27,351 bases of DNA from a bacterium (lineage in GTDB: Bacteria; DUMJ01). The DNA is taken from positions 1-27,351 of the forward strand of contig JBMFMV010000020.1 of NCBI GenBank assembly GCA_049970495.1. The letters run 5' to 3'. The notes under the pieces are model-generated. The model saw only the letters and a list, made by a program, of their open reading frames with translations. It searched no databases and had not been told where the DNA came from. Shown here in pieces: positions 1 through 11,315 of the stretch (positions are counted from its first letter, which is position 1; every line of letters begins with the position of its first letter). Position numbers and translations under genes: made by a program.

Positions 1-363
1 TATCACTTGATAAAGGAACGACTTGCAGAGAGTGTTAAAGAAGACATACCCGATATTATGGTAAGAAATAGGCTAGAGTATTGGAAGAGAATACTCTATA
101 ATAATAGAGAGGCTCCAGAAGATTTTGAAGAGAAAAACTATCAATATGCATTGAACGACATAAAGGCCGCTTTGGCATTACGTTATATAGCTGACAAAGA
201 GTCTTTAGAGCCAACAGAAGAAGAGATTAATAGAGTTCTTAACTCTTGGAAAATTAGAAATATTACTGATGAGGTAAGGAATAATGCTATAAGTGTAATT
301 AAGGAAGATAAGGCTCTGAAGTTTTTGTTGGATTTAATAAAAAATAAAGAAGGAGAAGGTTAA
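1..363 (+). CDS. tig: Trigger factor, C-terminal fragment (5' end outside window)
   Basis: Frame is open from base 1. The helical C-terminus ALALRYIADKESLEPTEEEI...EDKALKFL resembles the trigger factor C-domain. Canonical position upstream of clpP-clpX-lon. Confidence 0.75.
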   Translation, partial: YHLIKERLAESVKEDIPDIMVRNRLEYWKRILYNNREAPEDFEEKNYQYALNDIKAALALRYIADKESLEPTEEEINRVLNSWKIRNITDEVRNNAISVIKEDKALKFLLDLIKNKEGEG

Positions 364-366
364 AGG

Positions 367-966
367 ATGATGGGCGATTATTTGGTTCCAATAGTGATAG
401 AGCAGACAAGTAGAGGAGAAAGGGCCTATGATATATATTCTAGGCTTTTAAAGGAAAGGATTGTCTTTATTGGTGGTCCTATAGAGGATGAAGTAGCTAA
501 TCTAGTTATGGCTCAGCTTTTATTCCTCGAAGGAGAAAATCCAGAGAAAGATATATACATATATATAAACACCCCAGGTGGTTCGATTACTGCAGGGATG
601 GCGATATATGATACAATGCAGTATATTAAACCTGAGATATGTACCATATGTATAGGACAGGCTGCAAGCATGGGGGCAGTTCTCTTAGCTGCTGGCACTA
701 AAGGCAAGAGATATGCCCTTCCACATAGCAGGATAATGATACACCAGCCAGCTATCTATGGAGGCTTACAAGGCCCAGCTACCGATATAGACATACAGAC
801 AAGAGAACTCTTGAGGTTAAAGAGGATAGTCAACGAGATACTAGCCAAGCATACCTCTCAACCTCTTGAGAAGATAGAAAGAGATACTGAAAGAGACTTC
901 TTTATGAGCGCACAAGAGGCAAAAGAGTATGGTATAATAGACGAAATAATCGAAAGGAGACCATAA
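367..966 (+). CDS. clpP: ATP-dependent Clp protease proteolytic subunit
   Basis: [12 protein letters not shown], catalytic Ser in AASMG, His in MIHQP, Asp in ERDFFM. The start may be 370. Confidence 0.98.
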   Translation: MMGDYLVPIVIEQTSRGERAYDIYSRLLKERIVFIGGPIEDEVANLVMAQLLFLEGENPEKDIYIYINTPGGSITAGMAIYDTMQYIKPEICTICIGQAASMGAVLLAAGTKGKRYALPHSRIMIHQPAIYGGLQGPATDIDIQTRELLRLKRIVNEILAKHTSQPLEKIERDTERDFFMSAQEAKEYGIIDEIIERRP

Positions 967-969
967 CAG

Positions 970-2238
970 ATGATGAAAGGTAGAGAGGTATTAAGGTGCT
1001 CCTTTTGTGGTAAGGGCCAGGATGAGGTAAGAAAGCTGATAGCTGGTCCTGGAGTTTACATATGCGACCAATGCATAAAGATATGTGTTGAGATATTAGA
1101 GGAAGATAACATACTTTCAAGGTCTAGGGAGACAAAGAAGGAATTAACGTGGGACAAGGTACCAAAGCCTCATGAGATATATGAGAAACTTAATGAATAT
1201 GTTATAGGTCAGGAAAAGACAAAAAAAGTACTTTCTGTAGCAGTGTATAATCACTACAAAAGGATCTTAGCTCCTCCTAGTGATAAAAATGATGTAGAGA
1301 TTACCAAGAGTAATATACTCCTTATAGGTCCAACTGGGTCAGGAAAGACTCTAATGGCTCAGGTGCTAGCTAAGATAATCGATGTCCCATTTACTATAGC
1401 AGATGCCACAACTCTTACCGAAGCCGGATACGTAGGTGAAGATGTAGAGAATATACTGCTAAGGCTAATTCAAGTAGCCGATTATGATATAAAAAGGGCA
1501 GAAAAGGGGATAATTTATATAGACGAGATAGATAAGATTGGACGAAAGTCTGAGAATCCATCTATAACAAGAGATGTCTCTGGTGAGGGGGTTCAGCAGG
1601 CTCTTCTCAAGATATTAGAGGGTACTATAGCAAATGTTCCTCCACAGGGTGGTAGAAAGCATCCTCATCAAGAGTTTATCCAGATAGATACAACAAATAT
1701 ATTGTTTATATGTGGTGGCTCTTTTGAAGGCTTAGAGAAGATTGTGGCTTCAAGGATAAGGAAGAAGACTATTGGTTTTACTAGTGAGCTTGTCTCTAAC
1801 GAAGATAAGTATGATATCCTCTCATATGTATTACCTGAAGACCTCATTAAGTTTGGACTTATCCCGGAATTAGTTGGTAGACTGCCAATAGTTTCTACAC
1901 TTCAGAACCTAACGAAGGAAGAACTTATGCGTATTCTAGTTGAGCCTAAGAATGCTATCCTTAGACAATATCAGAGGTTGCTTGCTTTGGATGGTGTAGA
2001 ATTGGTATTTACCCCAGATGTTCTATCCGCCGTAGCAGAGGAGGCATTAAAGCAGGGAACTGGGGCAAGGGGCCTTAGGAGTATTATAGAAAAGGTTATG
2101 CTTGATGTTATGTATGAAGTCCCTAAGAGGCCTGATGTTGTTAGATGTGTTATAGATGCAAGTGTTATAAGAGGAGAGAGTAGCCCTATTCTCCTAACCC
2201 AGAAAGATGTAGAGAGGTTGAATAGGGAAAGTGCCTAA
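970..2238 (+). CDS. clpX: ATP-dependent Clp protease ATP-binding subunit ClpX
   Basis: N-terminal C4 zinc finger CSFCGK..CDQC, Walker A GPTGSGKT, Walker [16 protein letters not shown] pore loop, RKHP loop and IGF loop. Confidence 0.98.
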   Translation: MMKGREVLRCSFCGKGQDEVRKLIAGPGVYICDQCIKICVEILEEDNILSRSRETKKELTWDKVPKPHEIYEKLNEYVIGQEKTKKVLSVAVYNHYKRILAPPSDKNDVEITKSNILLIGPTGSGKTLMAQVLAKIIDVPFTIADATTLTEAGYVGEDVENILLRLIQVADYDIKRAEKGIIYIDEIDKIGRKSENPSITRDVSGEGVQQALLKILEGTIANVPPQGGRKHPHQEFIQIDTTNILFICGGSFEGLEKIVASRIRKKTIGFTSELVSNEDKYDILSYVLPEDLIKFGLIPELVGRLPIVSTLQNLTKEELMRILVEPKNAILRQYQRLLALDGVELVFTPDVLSAVAEEALKQGTGARGLRSIIEKVMLDVMYEVPKRPDVVRCVIDASVIRGESSPILLTQKDVERLNRESA

Positions 2239-4573
2239 GAAAAAGACTGAGGTTTTACCCGTTTTACCATTAAAGAATATGGTCGTTTTTCCTTCTACGA
2301 TAGTTCCTATCTATGTTGGTAGGGATATTTCTATTAAAGCTGTAGAACTGTCTAGCGAGTATGATAGAAAGATTCTTATAGTGACTCAGAGAGATAACGA
2401 GCTAGATGAGATAAATCCTGAAGACCTGTACGATATAGGAACTGTTGGAGAGATTATACAGACGATAAAATTGCCTGATGGGAGTTATAGGGTAGTAGTA
2501 GAAGCAAAATATAGAGCCAAAATAGTTGAGTGTGTTTACTCCCATACATTCTCTTCTTTTGTAGCAAGATTAGAGAGGGTTGAAGAGATAAAGGATGACT
2601 CATTAGAGATAGAAGCCCTATCTAGGATAGTACTTTCCCAATTTGATGAGTATATAAGACTTAATCATGATTTACCTGATGAAGCCTCTATAAATCTTGA
2701 TGAAGTAAAAGATGAACCGGGCAGACTGGTTGATATTATCGTTTCTAATCTTCCTCTTAAGAGCTCTGTAAAGCAAGAGCTATTGTCAATTTCCTCCCCA
2801 AAAGAGAGACTCCTCAGGCTTACAGTGATGCTAGAAAAAGAGCTCAAAATTCTGAAGATAGAAGAGGAGATTCAGAGTAAGGTTCAAAGAGAAGTGGAGG
2901 AGATACAAAAGGAATATTATTTAAGGGCAAAGCTTAAAGTAATTCAGGAAGAACTTGGTGAAAGGGAAGACCTCTCCGATATCTCTTCTTATAAGGAAAA
3001 GATTAAAAGTTTGATGCTCTCTAAAGATATAGAGGAGAAGTTAATAGAAGAGGCGGAGAGGCTCAATAAAGTTCCTCCTTTTTCTCCAGAGAGTGGGGTA
3101 ATAAAGACTTATCTTGATTGGGTTATCAGCCTTCCCTGGAATATTCATACTGAGGATAAGTTAGACCTTAGAAAGGTCAGAGATATCCTAGATAAGAATC
3201 ACTATGGACTTCAAGAGGTAAAGGAGAGGATAATAGAGTTTTTAGCGGTAAAAAAATATGGTGGAGCCAAAAGGAGTCCAATATTATGTTTTGTCGGTCC
3301 ACCAGGGGTGGGTAAGACATCTTTAGCGCAGTCTATAAGTAGTGCTCTTGGCAGGAATTTTGTCAGAGTATCTCTTGGTGGTATAAGGGACGAAGCAGAG
3401 ATAAGAGGACATAGAAGGACATATGTCGGAGCCCTTCCTGGTAGGATTATACAAGGTATGAGACAGGCAAAATCTTCAAATCCAGTCTTTCTCCTTGATG
3501 AAATAGACAAGCTTGGAATTGACTTTAGAGGAGACCCAGGTTCTGCTCTCTTAGAGGTTCTAGACCCTGAGCAGAATAAAAATTTTAGTGACCACTATTT
3601 AGAGATACCATATAATCTTTCACAGGTCTTTTTTATAACAACTGCAAATACTACCCAAAATATACCTCCTGCCCTTTTAGATAGAATGGAAATTCTTAAT
3701 TTAAGCGGATATACCGAACAGGAAAAACTTAATATTGCTATGTATTTCCTTATACCAAGACTATTTGCAGAACACAATATATCCAAAAGAAAGATATCAC
3801 TATCAGAGAGTGTTGTAATAAAGATTATAAGAGAATATACGAGAGAAGCTGGAGTTAGAAATCTAGAAAGAGAGCTAGCTAAGATATTCCGTAAGGCGGT
3901 TGTATTTTATCTAGAGAGCAAAAAAGGAATATTTAAAGTTACCGAGGAGAATCTTCCTGAACTACTTGGTCCTCCTAGATTTCTGAATGAGTTTATAGAG
4001 AAACATCCAGAAGTAGGATTAGCCAAAGGGTTGGCTTGGACAGAGGTGGGAGGAGAAGTGCTTCCCATAGAGGTTATCCATATGAAGGGTAAGGGGAATC
4101 TTATCCTTACGGGGCAATTAGGAGAAGTAATGAGAGAATCAGCGCAGGCTGCCTTTAGCTTTATAAAGAGTAGAAGTGTAGAGTTAGGTATTGATTGTAA
4201 TTTTAGCGAGATAGACGTTCATATACACATTCCCAAAGGAGCTATTCCAAAAGATGGTCCTTCAGCTGGTATTACTATGGCATCTGCATTGGCTTCAAGT
4301 CTATCAGGGGTACCCCTCAGACAAGATGTCGCTATGACTGGAGAGATTACGGTCAGGGGGAGAATAATTCCGGTTGGCGGAATAAGGGAAAAATTATTGG
4401 CTGCATATAGTGCAGGGATAAGGGAGGTCATTATTCCTAAGGAAAACGAGAGTGACTTGACTAAGGTTCCTGAGGAGATAAAGAATAATTTGACTATAAA
4501 GAGTGTTTCTCATATGGATGAAGTTTTCCCAATAATATTCTATAAGGAGGAGATCCTTGAGAGAGTTAGCTAA
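2231..4573 (+). CDS. lon: Lon (endopeptidase La) ATP-dependent protease
   Basis: N-terminal LPVLPL substrate domain, Walker [21 protein letters not shown], catalytic PKDGPSAG Ser and GGIREK Lys. GTG start overlaps the clpX stop. Confidence 0.97.
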   Translation: MPKKKTEVLPVLPLKNMVVFPSTIVPIYVGRDISIKAVELSSEYDRKILIVTQRDNELDEINPEDLYDIGTVGEIIQTIKLPDGSYRVVVEAKYRAKIVECVYSHTFSSFVARLERVEEIKDDSLEIEALSRIVLSQFDEYIRLNHDLPDEASINLDEVKDEPGRLVDIIVSNLPLKSSVKQELLSISSPKERLLRLTVMLEKELKILKIEEEIQSKVQREVEEIQKEYYLRAKLKVIQEELGEREDLSDISSYKEKIKSLMLSKDIEEKLIEEAERLNKVPPFSPESGVIKTYLDWVISLPWNIHTEDKLDLRKVRDILDKNHYGLQEVKERIIEFLAVKKYGGAKRSPILCFVGPPGVGKTSLAQSISSALGRNFVRVSLGGIRDEAEIRGHRRTYVGALPGRIIQGMRQAKSSNPVFLLDEIDKLGIDFRGDPGSALLEVLDPEQNKNFSDHYLEIPYNLSQVFFITTANTTQNIPPALLDRMEILNLSGYTEQEKLNIAMYFLIPRLFAEHNISKRKISLSESVVIKIIREYTREAGVRNLERELAKIFRKAVVFYLESKKGIFKVTEENLPELLGPPRFLNEFIEKHPEVGLAKGLAWTEVGGEVLPIEVIHMKGKGNLILTGQLGEVMRESAQAAFSFIKSRSVELGIDCNFSEIDVHIHIPKGAIPKDGPSAGITMASALASSLSGVPLRQDVAMTGEITVRGRIIPVGGIREKLLAAYSAGIREVIIPKENESDLTKVPEEIKNNLTIKSVSHMDEVFPIIFYKEEILERVS

Positions 4574-7166
4574 GGTATACAACCCAAGGGAGATAGCTCC
4601 AAAGTGGATAGAAAGGTGGTTTAACTCGAATATATTTGTCCCTAAAGTAGATAGAGAAGGAAGTATATTTTCTATAGTGCTACCACCTCCGAATGTAACC
4701 GGTAATCTTCATATAGGACATGCCCTAGGTTTTACCTTAGATGACATAGTAGTTAGATATAAGAGAATGAAGGGGTTTGTTACTCTTTGGGTACCCGGAA
4801 CAGACCATGCAGGTATAGCTACCCAAAATGTTGTAGAAAAGGAACTTGCTAAAGAAGGTCTCACTAGGTACGATTTGGGTAGAGAAAAGTTTCTAGAGAA
4901 AGTTTGGGAGTGGAAGGAAAGATATAGGAACAATATAGTTAATCAGCTCAAACAGATGGGATTTAGCTGTGATTGGAGTAGAGAAAGATTTACTATGGAC
5001 GAGCATTGTTCTAGGGCTGTTAGGACTGCTTTTGTGTCTCTTTACAAGAAGGGACTTATCTATAAGGGAGAGAGGATAATAAACTGGTGTCCTAGATGTA
5101 AGACTGCACTATCTGATATAGAAGTAGAGTACGAAGAAGCTAAAGATAAACTCTACTATATCCGGTACCCTTTAAAGGATGGAGGTTATATAACTATAGC
5201 TACTGTAAGGCCAGAGACTATGCTCGGTGATACTGCGGTTGCGGTAAATCCAGAGGATTATAGATATAAGTCACTAATAGGTAAAGTAGCTATATTACCA
5301 TTAGTTGGAAGGGAATTACCTATAGTGGCTGATGATGCGGTTGAATCTAGTTTTGGGACAGGTGCGCTTAAGGTAACCCCTGCCCATGACCCGGTGGACT
5401 TTGAGATAGGAATAAGGCATAACCTCCCTAGTTTAAAGGTAATAGATTTAGATGGTAATATAGATTGTCCTGACCTAGATACCTACACAGGTCTTGATAG
5501 ATTTACCGCAAGAGAGCTCATAGTTAAACATTTAGAAGAGAAGGGATACTTAGAGAAGGTAGAGGATTATACTCATAGCGTAGGACGATGTGAAAGGTGT
5601 GGAACTATAGTCGAGCCTCTCTTATCCTCTCAATGGTTTGTTGCCATGAAATCCTTAGCTCAAAAGGCTTTAGAACGTGACAGTGAGATAAGATTTATAC
5701 CTGAAAGGTGGAGAAAGGTATACCACGATTGGCTTTTGAATATAAAAGATTGGTGTATATCTAGACAGATTTGGTGGGGTCACAGAATTCCTGTTTGGTA
5801 CTGTCTGGATTGTAATGAGACAATAGTTGAAATGGAAGATCCAAAGTACTGTCCTAAGTGTAATAGTCTTAACTTGAAGCAGGAAGAGGATGTCCTTGAT
5901 ACTTGGTTTAGTTCCTCTCTCTGGCCTATGAGTACCCTGGGTTGGCCAGATATTACAGATGATTTTAAAAGGTTTTATCCTACTTCTTTGCTCATAACTG
6001 GCTATGATATTATCTACTTCTGGGTTGCTAGGATGATAATGATGGGTCTTGAATTTACTGATAAGATGCCATTTAAAGAGGTATATATTACTGGTCTAGT
6101 AAGAGATGAGAAAGGTCGAAAGATGAGTAAGTCCCTTGGAAATGTGATAGACCCTATGGAGATAGTTCAAGAGCTAGGGGCAGATAGTCTAAGATTTGCT
6201 CTTGCTTCCTTAGTCACAGAAGGACAAGATGTTAATATAGGGAAAGAAAGGCTAGAAGGGGCAAGGAATTTTACCAATAAGATATGGAATGCAGGTAGAT
6301 ATATACTTATGAGTATTAGAAATCCAGTAAAGCCAGAATCTCTAGATAGCCTAGATGTATTTAGTAAATGGATATTAAGTCTTATGGATGAGACAATAGA
6401 GCGTGTAACTTACTGTTATGATAATTATGATTTTAATGAAATCGCCCAGGTTTTATACAGCTTCTTCTGGGATTACTTCTGTGACTGGTATATAGAGATC
6501 TCTAAGTTTCTACTGAAAGATAATCCTAGCTATATAAGTTGGGTTTTACTCTATGTATTTAGAACTTATCTCAAACTCCTGCACCCAGTTATGCCTTTTA
6601 TTACTGAAGAATTATGGGAATATATAAAGGATGAAGATAATATACTGTCTGTATCAAACTGGCCGGCTGTTCTAGGTTTTAGGGATGAAGATAGTATTAA
6701 AATGGCGAATGTTATATTTGATGTTATAAAGAGCATGAGGTCTCTTAAGCAAGAAATGGGGATATCTTTTGAAAAGAAAATACCTGGCTTTGTTCACAGT
6801 GAGACCTATAGAGAGCTTATCTTAAGCCAAAGAGATATCATTTCTTCTTTAGCTAAGATTGAACCCTTAGAAGTTCTCTCTGAGATTCTCCCTCCACAGA
6901 AAGGGATTATCTCTAATGTAAAGTCTGATTTTGATGTCTATATAAGAATAGGAGATGTTGTAGATATAGACAAAGAGGTCGAGAGGATAAAAGAAAAGAT
7001 AGAAGAGATAGAAGAACAGATAGCCAGGATAGAAGAGAGACTGCGGAATAGAGACTTTCTTTTAAAGGCTAAGGAAGAGGCTAAGGAGAAAGAGAGAATA
7101 AAAAGGGAGAATCTTATAAAAGAAAGGGAAAAATTACTTCAGAGATTGTCTCTATTGTCTTCTTAA
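4557..7166 (+). CDS. valS: Valine--tRNA ligase
   Basis: [38 protein letters not shown] and a C-terminal coiled-coil tRNA-binding arm. TTG start follows the AAGGAGG SD inside the lon 3' end. Confidence 0.97.
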   Translation: MRELAKVYNPREIAPKWIERWFNSNIFVPKVDREGSIFSIVLPPPNVTGNLHIGHALGFTLDDIVVRYKRMKGFVTLWVPGTDHAGIATQNVVEKELAKEGLTRYDLGREKFLEKVWEWKERYRNNIVNQLKQMGFSCDWSRERFTMDEHCSRAVRTAFVSLYKKGLIYKGERIINWCPRCKTALSDIEVEYEEAKDKLYYIRYPLKDGGYITIATVRPETMLGDTAVAVNPEDYRYKSLIGKVAILPLVGRELPIVADDAVESSFGTGALKVTPAHDPVDFEIGIRHNLPSLKVIDLDGNIDCPDLDTYTGLDRFTARELIVKHLEEKGYLEKVEDYTHSVGRCERCGTIVEPLLSSQWFVAMKSLAQKALERDSEIRFIPERWRKVYHDWLLNIKDWCISRQIWWGHRIPVWYCLDCNETIVEMEDPKYCPKCNSLNLKQEEDVLDTWFSSSLWPMSTLGWPDITDDFKRFYPTSLLITGYDIIYFWVARMIMMGLEFTDKMPFKEVYITGLVRDEKGRKMSKSLGNVIDPMEIVQELGADSLRFALASLVTEGQDVNIGKERLEGARNFTNKIWNAGRYILMSIRNPVKPESLDSLDVFSKWILSLMDETIERVTYCYDNYDFNEIAQVLYSFFWDYFCDWYIEISKFLLKDNPSYISWVLLYVFRTYLKLLHPVMPFITEELWEYIKDEDNILSVSNWPAVLGFRDEDSIKMANVIFDVIKSMRSLKQEMGISFEKKIPGFVHSETYRELILSQRDIISSLAKIEPLEVLSEILPPQKGIISNVKSDFDVYIRIGDVVDIDKEVERIKEKIEEIEEQIARIEERLRNRDFLLKAKEEAKEKERIKRENLIKEREKLLQRLSLLSS

Positions 7167-7170
7167 ATAG

Positions 7171-8472
7171 ATGATTACTTCTTATCAGGAAGCATTAGAT
7201 ATTATAGAGGGGCTTTCAAGATTTGGTTCTAGATTAGGATTAGATCGTATTAAGAAGCTCCTTAACGAATTGGATAATCCTCAAGATAAGATTCCCGTTA
7301 TACATATAGGCGGAACGAATGGAAAAGGTTCTGTTTCTAGGATGATCTCTTCTGTACTTATGAAAGCAAGTTATCGAGTAGGCCTTTATACCTCTCCCCA
7401 TCTCCATTCAATACGAGAAAGAATTCAGATAAACAATGAACTTATAGATAAAGATTCTTTTGTTAACATATTAAAAGATCTCTTACCTATTATAGAGAGT
7501 CTTAGTGAAAGAGATAACGAATTCTACTTAACACAGTTTGAGATCCTTACAGCTATGGCATTCCTCCATTTTCTTAAGGCTAATGTCGATGTAATAGTCC
7601 TTGAGGTTGGATTAGGTGGAAGATTGGATGCTACTAATGTTGTGAGTAAGCCCATAGTTTCTGTCATTACTAATATAGATTGGGACCATATGGATAGACT
7701 GGGGAATACACTCTCCCTTATAGGGAGAGAGAAGGCAGGAATTATAAAAAAGGAAGTCCCAACTGTTACAGGTGCTAGTGGGGAAGGTTTAGATGTGATA
7801 GTAGAGGTTGCTAGATCTTTAAATGCTCCTACATATATACTAGGGAGAGATTTCTTTATAGATTGGTATGTGTTATCCCAAATTGGGACCGAGATAGGAT
7901 TTAGGAATGAAAAAAAGAAGAGTAACTTTTTTAGTAGCCTTAGGGGTATTTATCAAGTAGAAAACATAGCTATTTCTGTTATGGTTCTAGAATTGTTAAA
8001 GGAGAAATTTATCCTTTCGGATGTAGATATTGCAGAAGGCCTTAGAAATGCCTTTTGGCCAGGTAGAATGGAGTTAGTATCTAAAGATCCTATTATTCTC
8101 CTTGATGGGGCTCATAATAGAGGAGGTGCAGAAAAACTCTCCAAGTCTATAACTATGATCTTTGACTTAAAACCTACTCTTGTGGTTGGGATGTTAAAAG
8201 ATAAGGATGCGTATGGAATATTAAACTCTATGATTCCATATGTAAAAGATAATATTATTGTTACTGCTCCTAAGAGTAATAGGGCTTTAAGTGCTACAAC
8301 TCTTGGTAAAGTGGTGGAGGATATAGGCGGTAGACCAATTATAATCCCAGACGTGAAAGAGGCGGTGAAGGCTGCGCTAGACTTAGAGAAAAATTTTTTA
8401 TGCATTATGGGGTCTCTATATACTGTTGCTGAGGCGAGAGAATTCCTACTAGGTGAGGTGGAGAAAGACTAA
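7171..8472 (+). CDS. folC: Folylpolyglutamate synthase / dihydrofolate synthase
   Basis: GTNGKGS P-loop, TSPHL, LEVGLGGRLDATN, WPGRME, LDGAHN, GSLY. Conserved valS-folC pairing. Confidence 0.96.
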   Translation: MITSYQEALDIIEGLSRFGSRLGLDRIKKLLNELDNPQDKIPVIHIGGTNGKGSVSRMISSVLMKASYRVGLYTSPHLHSIRERIQINNELIDKDSFVNILKDLLPIIESLSERDNEFYLTQFEILTAMAFLHFLKANVDVIVLEVGLGGRLDATNVVSKPIVSVITNIDWDHMDRLGNTLSLIGREKAGIIKKEVPTVTGASGEGLDVIVEVARSLNAPTYILGRDFFIDWYVLSQIGTEIGFRNEKKKSNFFSSLRGIYQVENIAISVMVLELLKEKFILSDVDIAEGLRNAFWPGRMELVSKDPIILLDGAHNRGGAEKLSKSITMIFDLKPTLVVGMLKDKDAYGILNSMIPYVKDNIIVTAPKSNRALSATTLGKVVEDIGGRPIIIPDVKEAVKAALDLEKNFLCIMGSLYTVAEAREFLLGEVEKD

Positions 8473-8492
8473 ATTATACTGAGGTGAAAATA

Positions 8493-8843
8493 ATGAAGTT
8501 AGAGAAAGTTAAAGAGTTATTATCTGCCAAAGTTCTGTGTGGTGAATCTTTGTTAGATAGGGATGTAGAATATTTTTATGCCTCTGATCTTATGAGTGAC
8601 ATACTAGCTACTGTCAAGGAGCCCGGCATTCTGATTACTGCTATGACTCAACCTCAAGTTGTGAGAACAACTCAGATGTTAGATCTTATAGGCATCATCT
8701 TTGTAAATGGTAAAACTCCTCCTGAAGAGACATTAAGATTAGCTAGCTCTAATGAAATCTTGATAATGACTACAAAATATTCTATGTTTGAGACTTGTGG
8801 GAAGATATATATAGCGATTAATAGATGTGAGAGAGATAGATAG
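8493..8843 (+). CDS. DRTGG-domain (HPr kinase N-terminal-like) protein of hydrogenase-associated regulatory cassette
   Basis: YASDLMSD motif, GILITAM..QVVRT..LD, IIFVNGK.P and SMFETCG. ATG 8493 is preferred over GTG 8484 because of the GAGGTG SD at 8481-8486. Confidence 0.8.
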   Translation: MKLEKVKELLSAKVLCGESLLDRDVEYFYASDLMSDILATVKEPGILITAMTQPQVVRTTQMLDLIGIIFVNGKTPPEETLRLASSNEILIMTTKYSMFETCGKIYIAINRCERDR

Positions 8844-9699
8844 AGATTTTTACAGTTTATTAAAGCTTCCCGTCACTCTTATAATGAATGCCAATATGCC
8901 CAAGGTCTTACCTGATAGAAAAGTATCTCAAGTTAGGGAGATACTTAAGATTAATCAGCTAGATGGAGTAGCCATTACTAATGAAGAAGGAAAATTAGTT
9001 GGTATAGTTACAATGTATGACCTACTTAAGGCTATAGAAGAAGGTAGAAGAGACGTTTCTGTAGAATATATTATGACAAAGAATGTTGTTACGCTTTCCC
9101 CGTTTCATACATTAGCTGATGCTATAGAGTATTTTAGAGTTTATGGATATGGGAGATTTCCTGTAGTAGATAGAGATGGAGTCTTTTTAGGTATGGTGAC
9201 CCCTTTAGATATAGTTATAAGATTACCTAGTTTAAAAGAGGAGAGGGAAGAGATTGAGGAGAAAGAGGGAGAAAAGGTTAAGGTAATAAGGCTTGAGTTC
9301 TCAGTTGAAGGTGGGGATTTTATTAATGGAGGAGAAGCCTCTAGTAAGATAAAGAGATACCTACAAGATTTAGGGCTACCTAGAGATATCATAAGGAAGG
9401 TAGCCATAGTTAGCTATGAGATGGAAATGAACATAGTTATACACGCCTATAGAGGTAAATTAACAGTGGAGATATCTCCCGACAAGATTGTAGTAAAAGC
9501 GATAGATGAAGGTCCAGGGATAGAAGATATAGAAAAAGCTAAACAGCCTGGATACTCCACGGCGCCTCCAAAGGTAAGAGAATTAGGATTTGGTGCGGGG
9601 ATGGGGCTTCCAAATATTATTTCCTGCTCCGATGAGTTTGATATAAAAAGTACTGTAGGGGTAGGTACAGAAGTAACATCAATAATATATATAAGGTAG
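8827..9699 (+). CDS. CBS-pair fused to RsbT/RsbW-like GHKL Ser/Thr kinase (anti-sigma regulatory factor type)
   Basis: Two CBS repeats (GKLVGIVTMYDL; IMTKNVVT..FPVVD..GMVT..DI), then N-box YEMEMNIVIHA, DEGPGI, GYSTA, GFGAGMGL and GT. Confidence 0.85.
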   Translation: MREIDRDFYSLLKLPVTLIMNANMPKVLPDRKVSQVREILKINQLDGVAITNEEGKLVGIVTMYDLLKAIEEGRRDVSVEYIMTKNVVTLSPFHTLADAIEYFRVYGYGRFPVVDRDGVFLGMVTPLDIVIRLPSLKEEREEIEEKEGEKVKVIRLEFSVEGGDFINGGEASSKIKRYLQDLGLPRDIIRKVAIVSYEMEMNIVIHAYRGKLTVEISPDKIVVKAIDEGPGIEDIEKAKQPGYSTAPPKVRELGFGAGMGLPNIISCSDEFDIKSTVGVGTEVTSIIYIR

Positions 9700-9711
9700 G
9701 TAGATTAAAAA

Positions 9712-10977
9712 ATGAGTATGATAAAGATAAATAGAGAACTCTGTAAGGGCTGTATAGACTGTATAAGAGTTTGTCCTACTGAGGCTTTAAGAGTTAGACA
9801 AGGAAAGGCTATTCTTTTAGAGGATAGATGCATAGATTGTGGTGAATGTATAACTACGTGTCCCGAGCATGCTATAGAGGCAATTTTAGAAGAACTTAAA
9901 GATATGTCCCATTACAAGATAAAGGTAGCCCTTGTAAGTTCAGTATTATATGCACAGTTTGGGCTTAACACATCTCCTTATCTTATAAGGTCGGCGATAA
10001 AGAAAATGGGTTTTGATCTCATTATGGATGTTGCATTTGGAGCTGAGATTTCTAGTATCTATCTTAGGGACCTTTTAAAGGAAAACCCTGGTAAACTTTA
10101 TATATCTTCTATGTGTCCATCGGTGGTTAAGCTTGTACAGATCAGATTTCCCTCTTTAGTCGACTATTTTACTCCTATACCCTCTCCAGAAGAGATCTCT
10201 GCTAGATATATAAGGGAAAAACTTATTGAGAGTGGTTATAAAGATGAAGAAATTGGCGTGTTTTTAATTACTCCTTGCACAGCTAAGATATCTGATATAA
10301 AAGAGGGAAGGGGTATCCACTATGTAAATGGAAGTATAAGTGTAGCTGAAGCCTATAAGCACCTTATTAAATTAATAAAGGACGTAGAAGAAGACAGTAG
10401 TGAACCTGTATGGAGCGAAGGGATTAGTTGGGTAAGAGATGGAGGAGAGGCTAAGAGCCTTGGTATATTGAATTATTTAGTAGTAGATGGGGTAAAGAAT
10501 GTCTTAAAAGTCTTGAATGATTTAGAATTAGGAAAACTAAAAGGGATAATTTTTGTTGAGGGTAGGATGTGCAGTGGAGGATGTGTTGGTGGTCCTTTAA
10601 ACGTTCAGAATCCTTATCTAGCGAGAGTAAAGATCAGGATGTTAGAAGATCTAGGGACAGAGGGAATAGATACCTCTATCTATGAGATATTAAAATCTAA
10701 GAATTACTTCTTTAGAGAGAAGATAAAAGTAGAACCCTCTCCTTATAAACTCGGAGAGGATATATCTACTGCTATAGATAGGATGAGGAAACTTGAAGAT
10801 ATTCTTAGGAGTCTACCAGGTATTAATTGTGGCTCTTGTGGAGCTCCAAATTGTAAGGCATTAGCTGAAGATATAATAAATGGGGAGGCTAGGATTACAG
10901 ACTGTATCTTTAAACTTAAAGATAATATTGAAGATTATGCTAGAAGTTTGTTAAAAATGATTAGGGGAGAAAGATAA
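9712..10977 (+). CDS. Divergent [FeFe]-hydrogenase large-subunit-domain protein (putative sensory, group D/HydS-like)
   Basis: N-terminal 2x[4Fe-4S] (CKGCIDCIRVCP, CIDCGECITTCP), H-cluster-like motifs SSMCPS, TPCTAK and EGRMCSGGCVGG, and a C-terminal FeS domain LPGINCGSCGAPNC..C. Confidence 0.85.
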   Translation: MSMIKINRELCKGCIDCIRVCPTEALRVRQGKAILLEDRCIDCGECITTCPEHAIEAILEELKDMSHYKIKVALVSSVLYAQFGLNTSPYLIRSAIKKMGFDLIMDVAFGAEISSIYLRDLLKENPGKLYISSMCPSVVKLVQIRFPSLVDYFTPIPSPEEISARYIREKLIESGYKDEEIGVFLITPCTAKISDIKEGRGIHYVNGSISVAEAYKHLIKLIKDVEEDSSEPVWSEGISWVRDGGEAKSLGILNYLVVDGVKNVLKVLNDLELGKLKGIIFVEGRMCSGGCVGGPLNVQNPYLARVKIRMLEDLGTEGIDTSIYEILKSKNYFFREKIKVEPSPYKLGEDISTAIDRMRKLEDILRSLPGINCGSCGAPNCKALAEDIINGEARITDCIFKLKDNIEDYARSLLKMIRGER

Positions 10978-10979
10978 TT

Positions 10980-11315
10980 ATGACCTTGAGAGAACTTTTG
11001 AACATTTTACCACTGAAAAATTTAGGTAGTGAATCTGATCTAGATAAAACTCCAAAAGGTGGATATGTTGGTGACTTGCTAAGTAATGTAATGAGATTCG
11101 CCAAAGAGGGTAATATATGGATTACTGTACAGACCCATATAAATGTTATTGCTGTAGCCTCTTTGGTAGGGATAAGTTGTATTATATTCCCTTGTGGCGT
11201 GAAACCCTCCGAAGAAACTGTAGCTAAGGCTAAGGAGGAGCATATAGCACTTCTATCTACAGATTTAGATGCCTTTACAATATGTGGTAAAATATATGAG
11301 TTGGGTATTAGATGA
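10980..11315 (+). CDS. Second DRTGG-domain protein
   Basis: GGYVGDLLSNVM, WITVQTHINVIAVA and FTICGKIY. Paralogous to 8493-8843. Confidence 0.8.
   Translation: MTLRELLNILPLKNLGSESDLDKTPKGGYVGDLLSNVMRFAKEGNIWITVQTHINVIAVASLVGISCIIFPCGVKPSEETVAKAKEEHIALLSTDLDAFTICGKIYELGIR

Noticed and set aside
4500..4573. T-box riboswitch upstream of valS, or engB/ysxC after lon
   Set aside because: valS overlaps the lon 3' end, leaving no leader or intervening gene.
6960..7130. GATAGAAGA-like purine-rich repeats resembling TRAP sites or tandem repeats
   Set aside because: They are explained by the E/K/I/R coiled coil of the ValS C-terminal arm, and they show that NAG triplets are common background.
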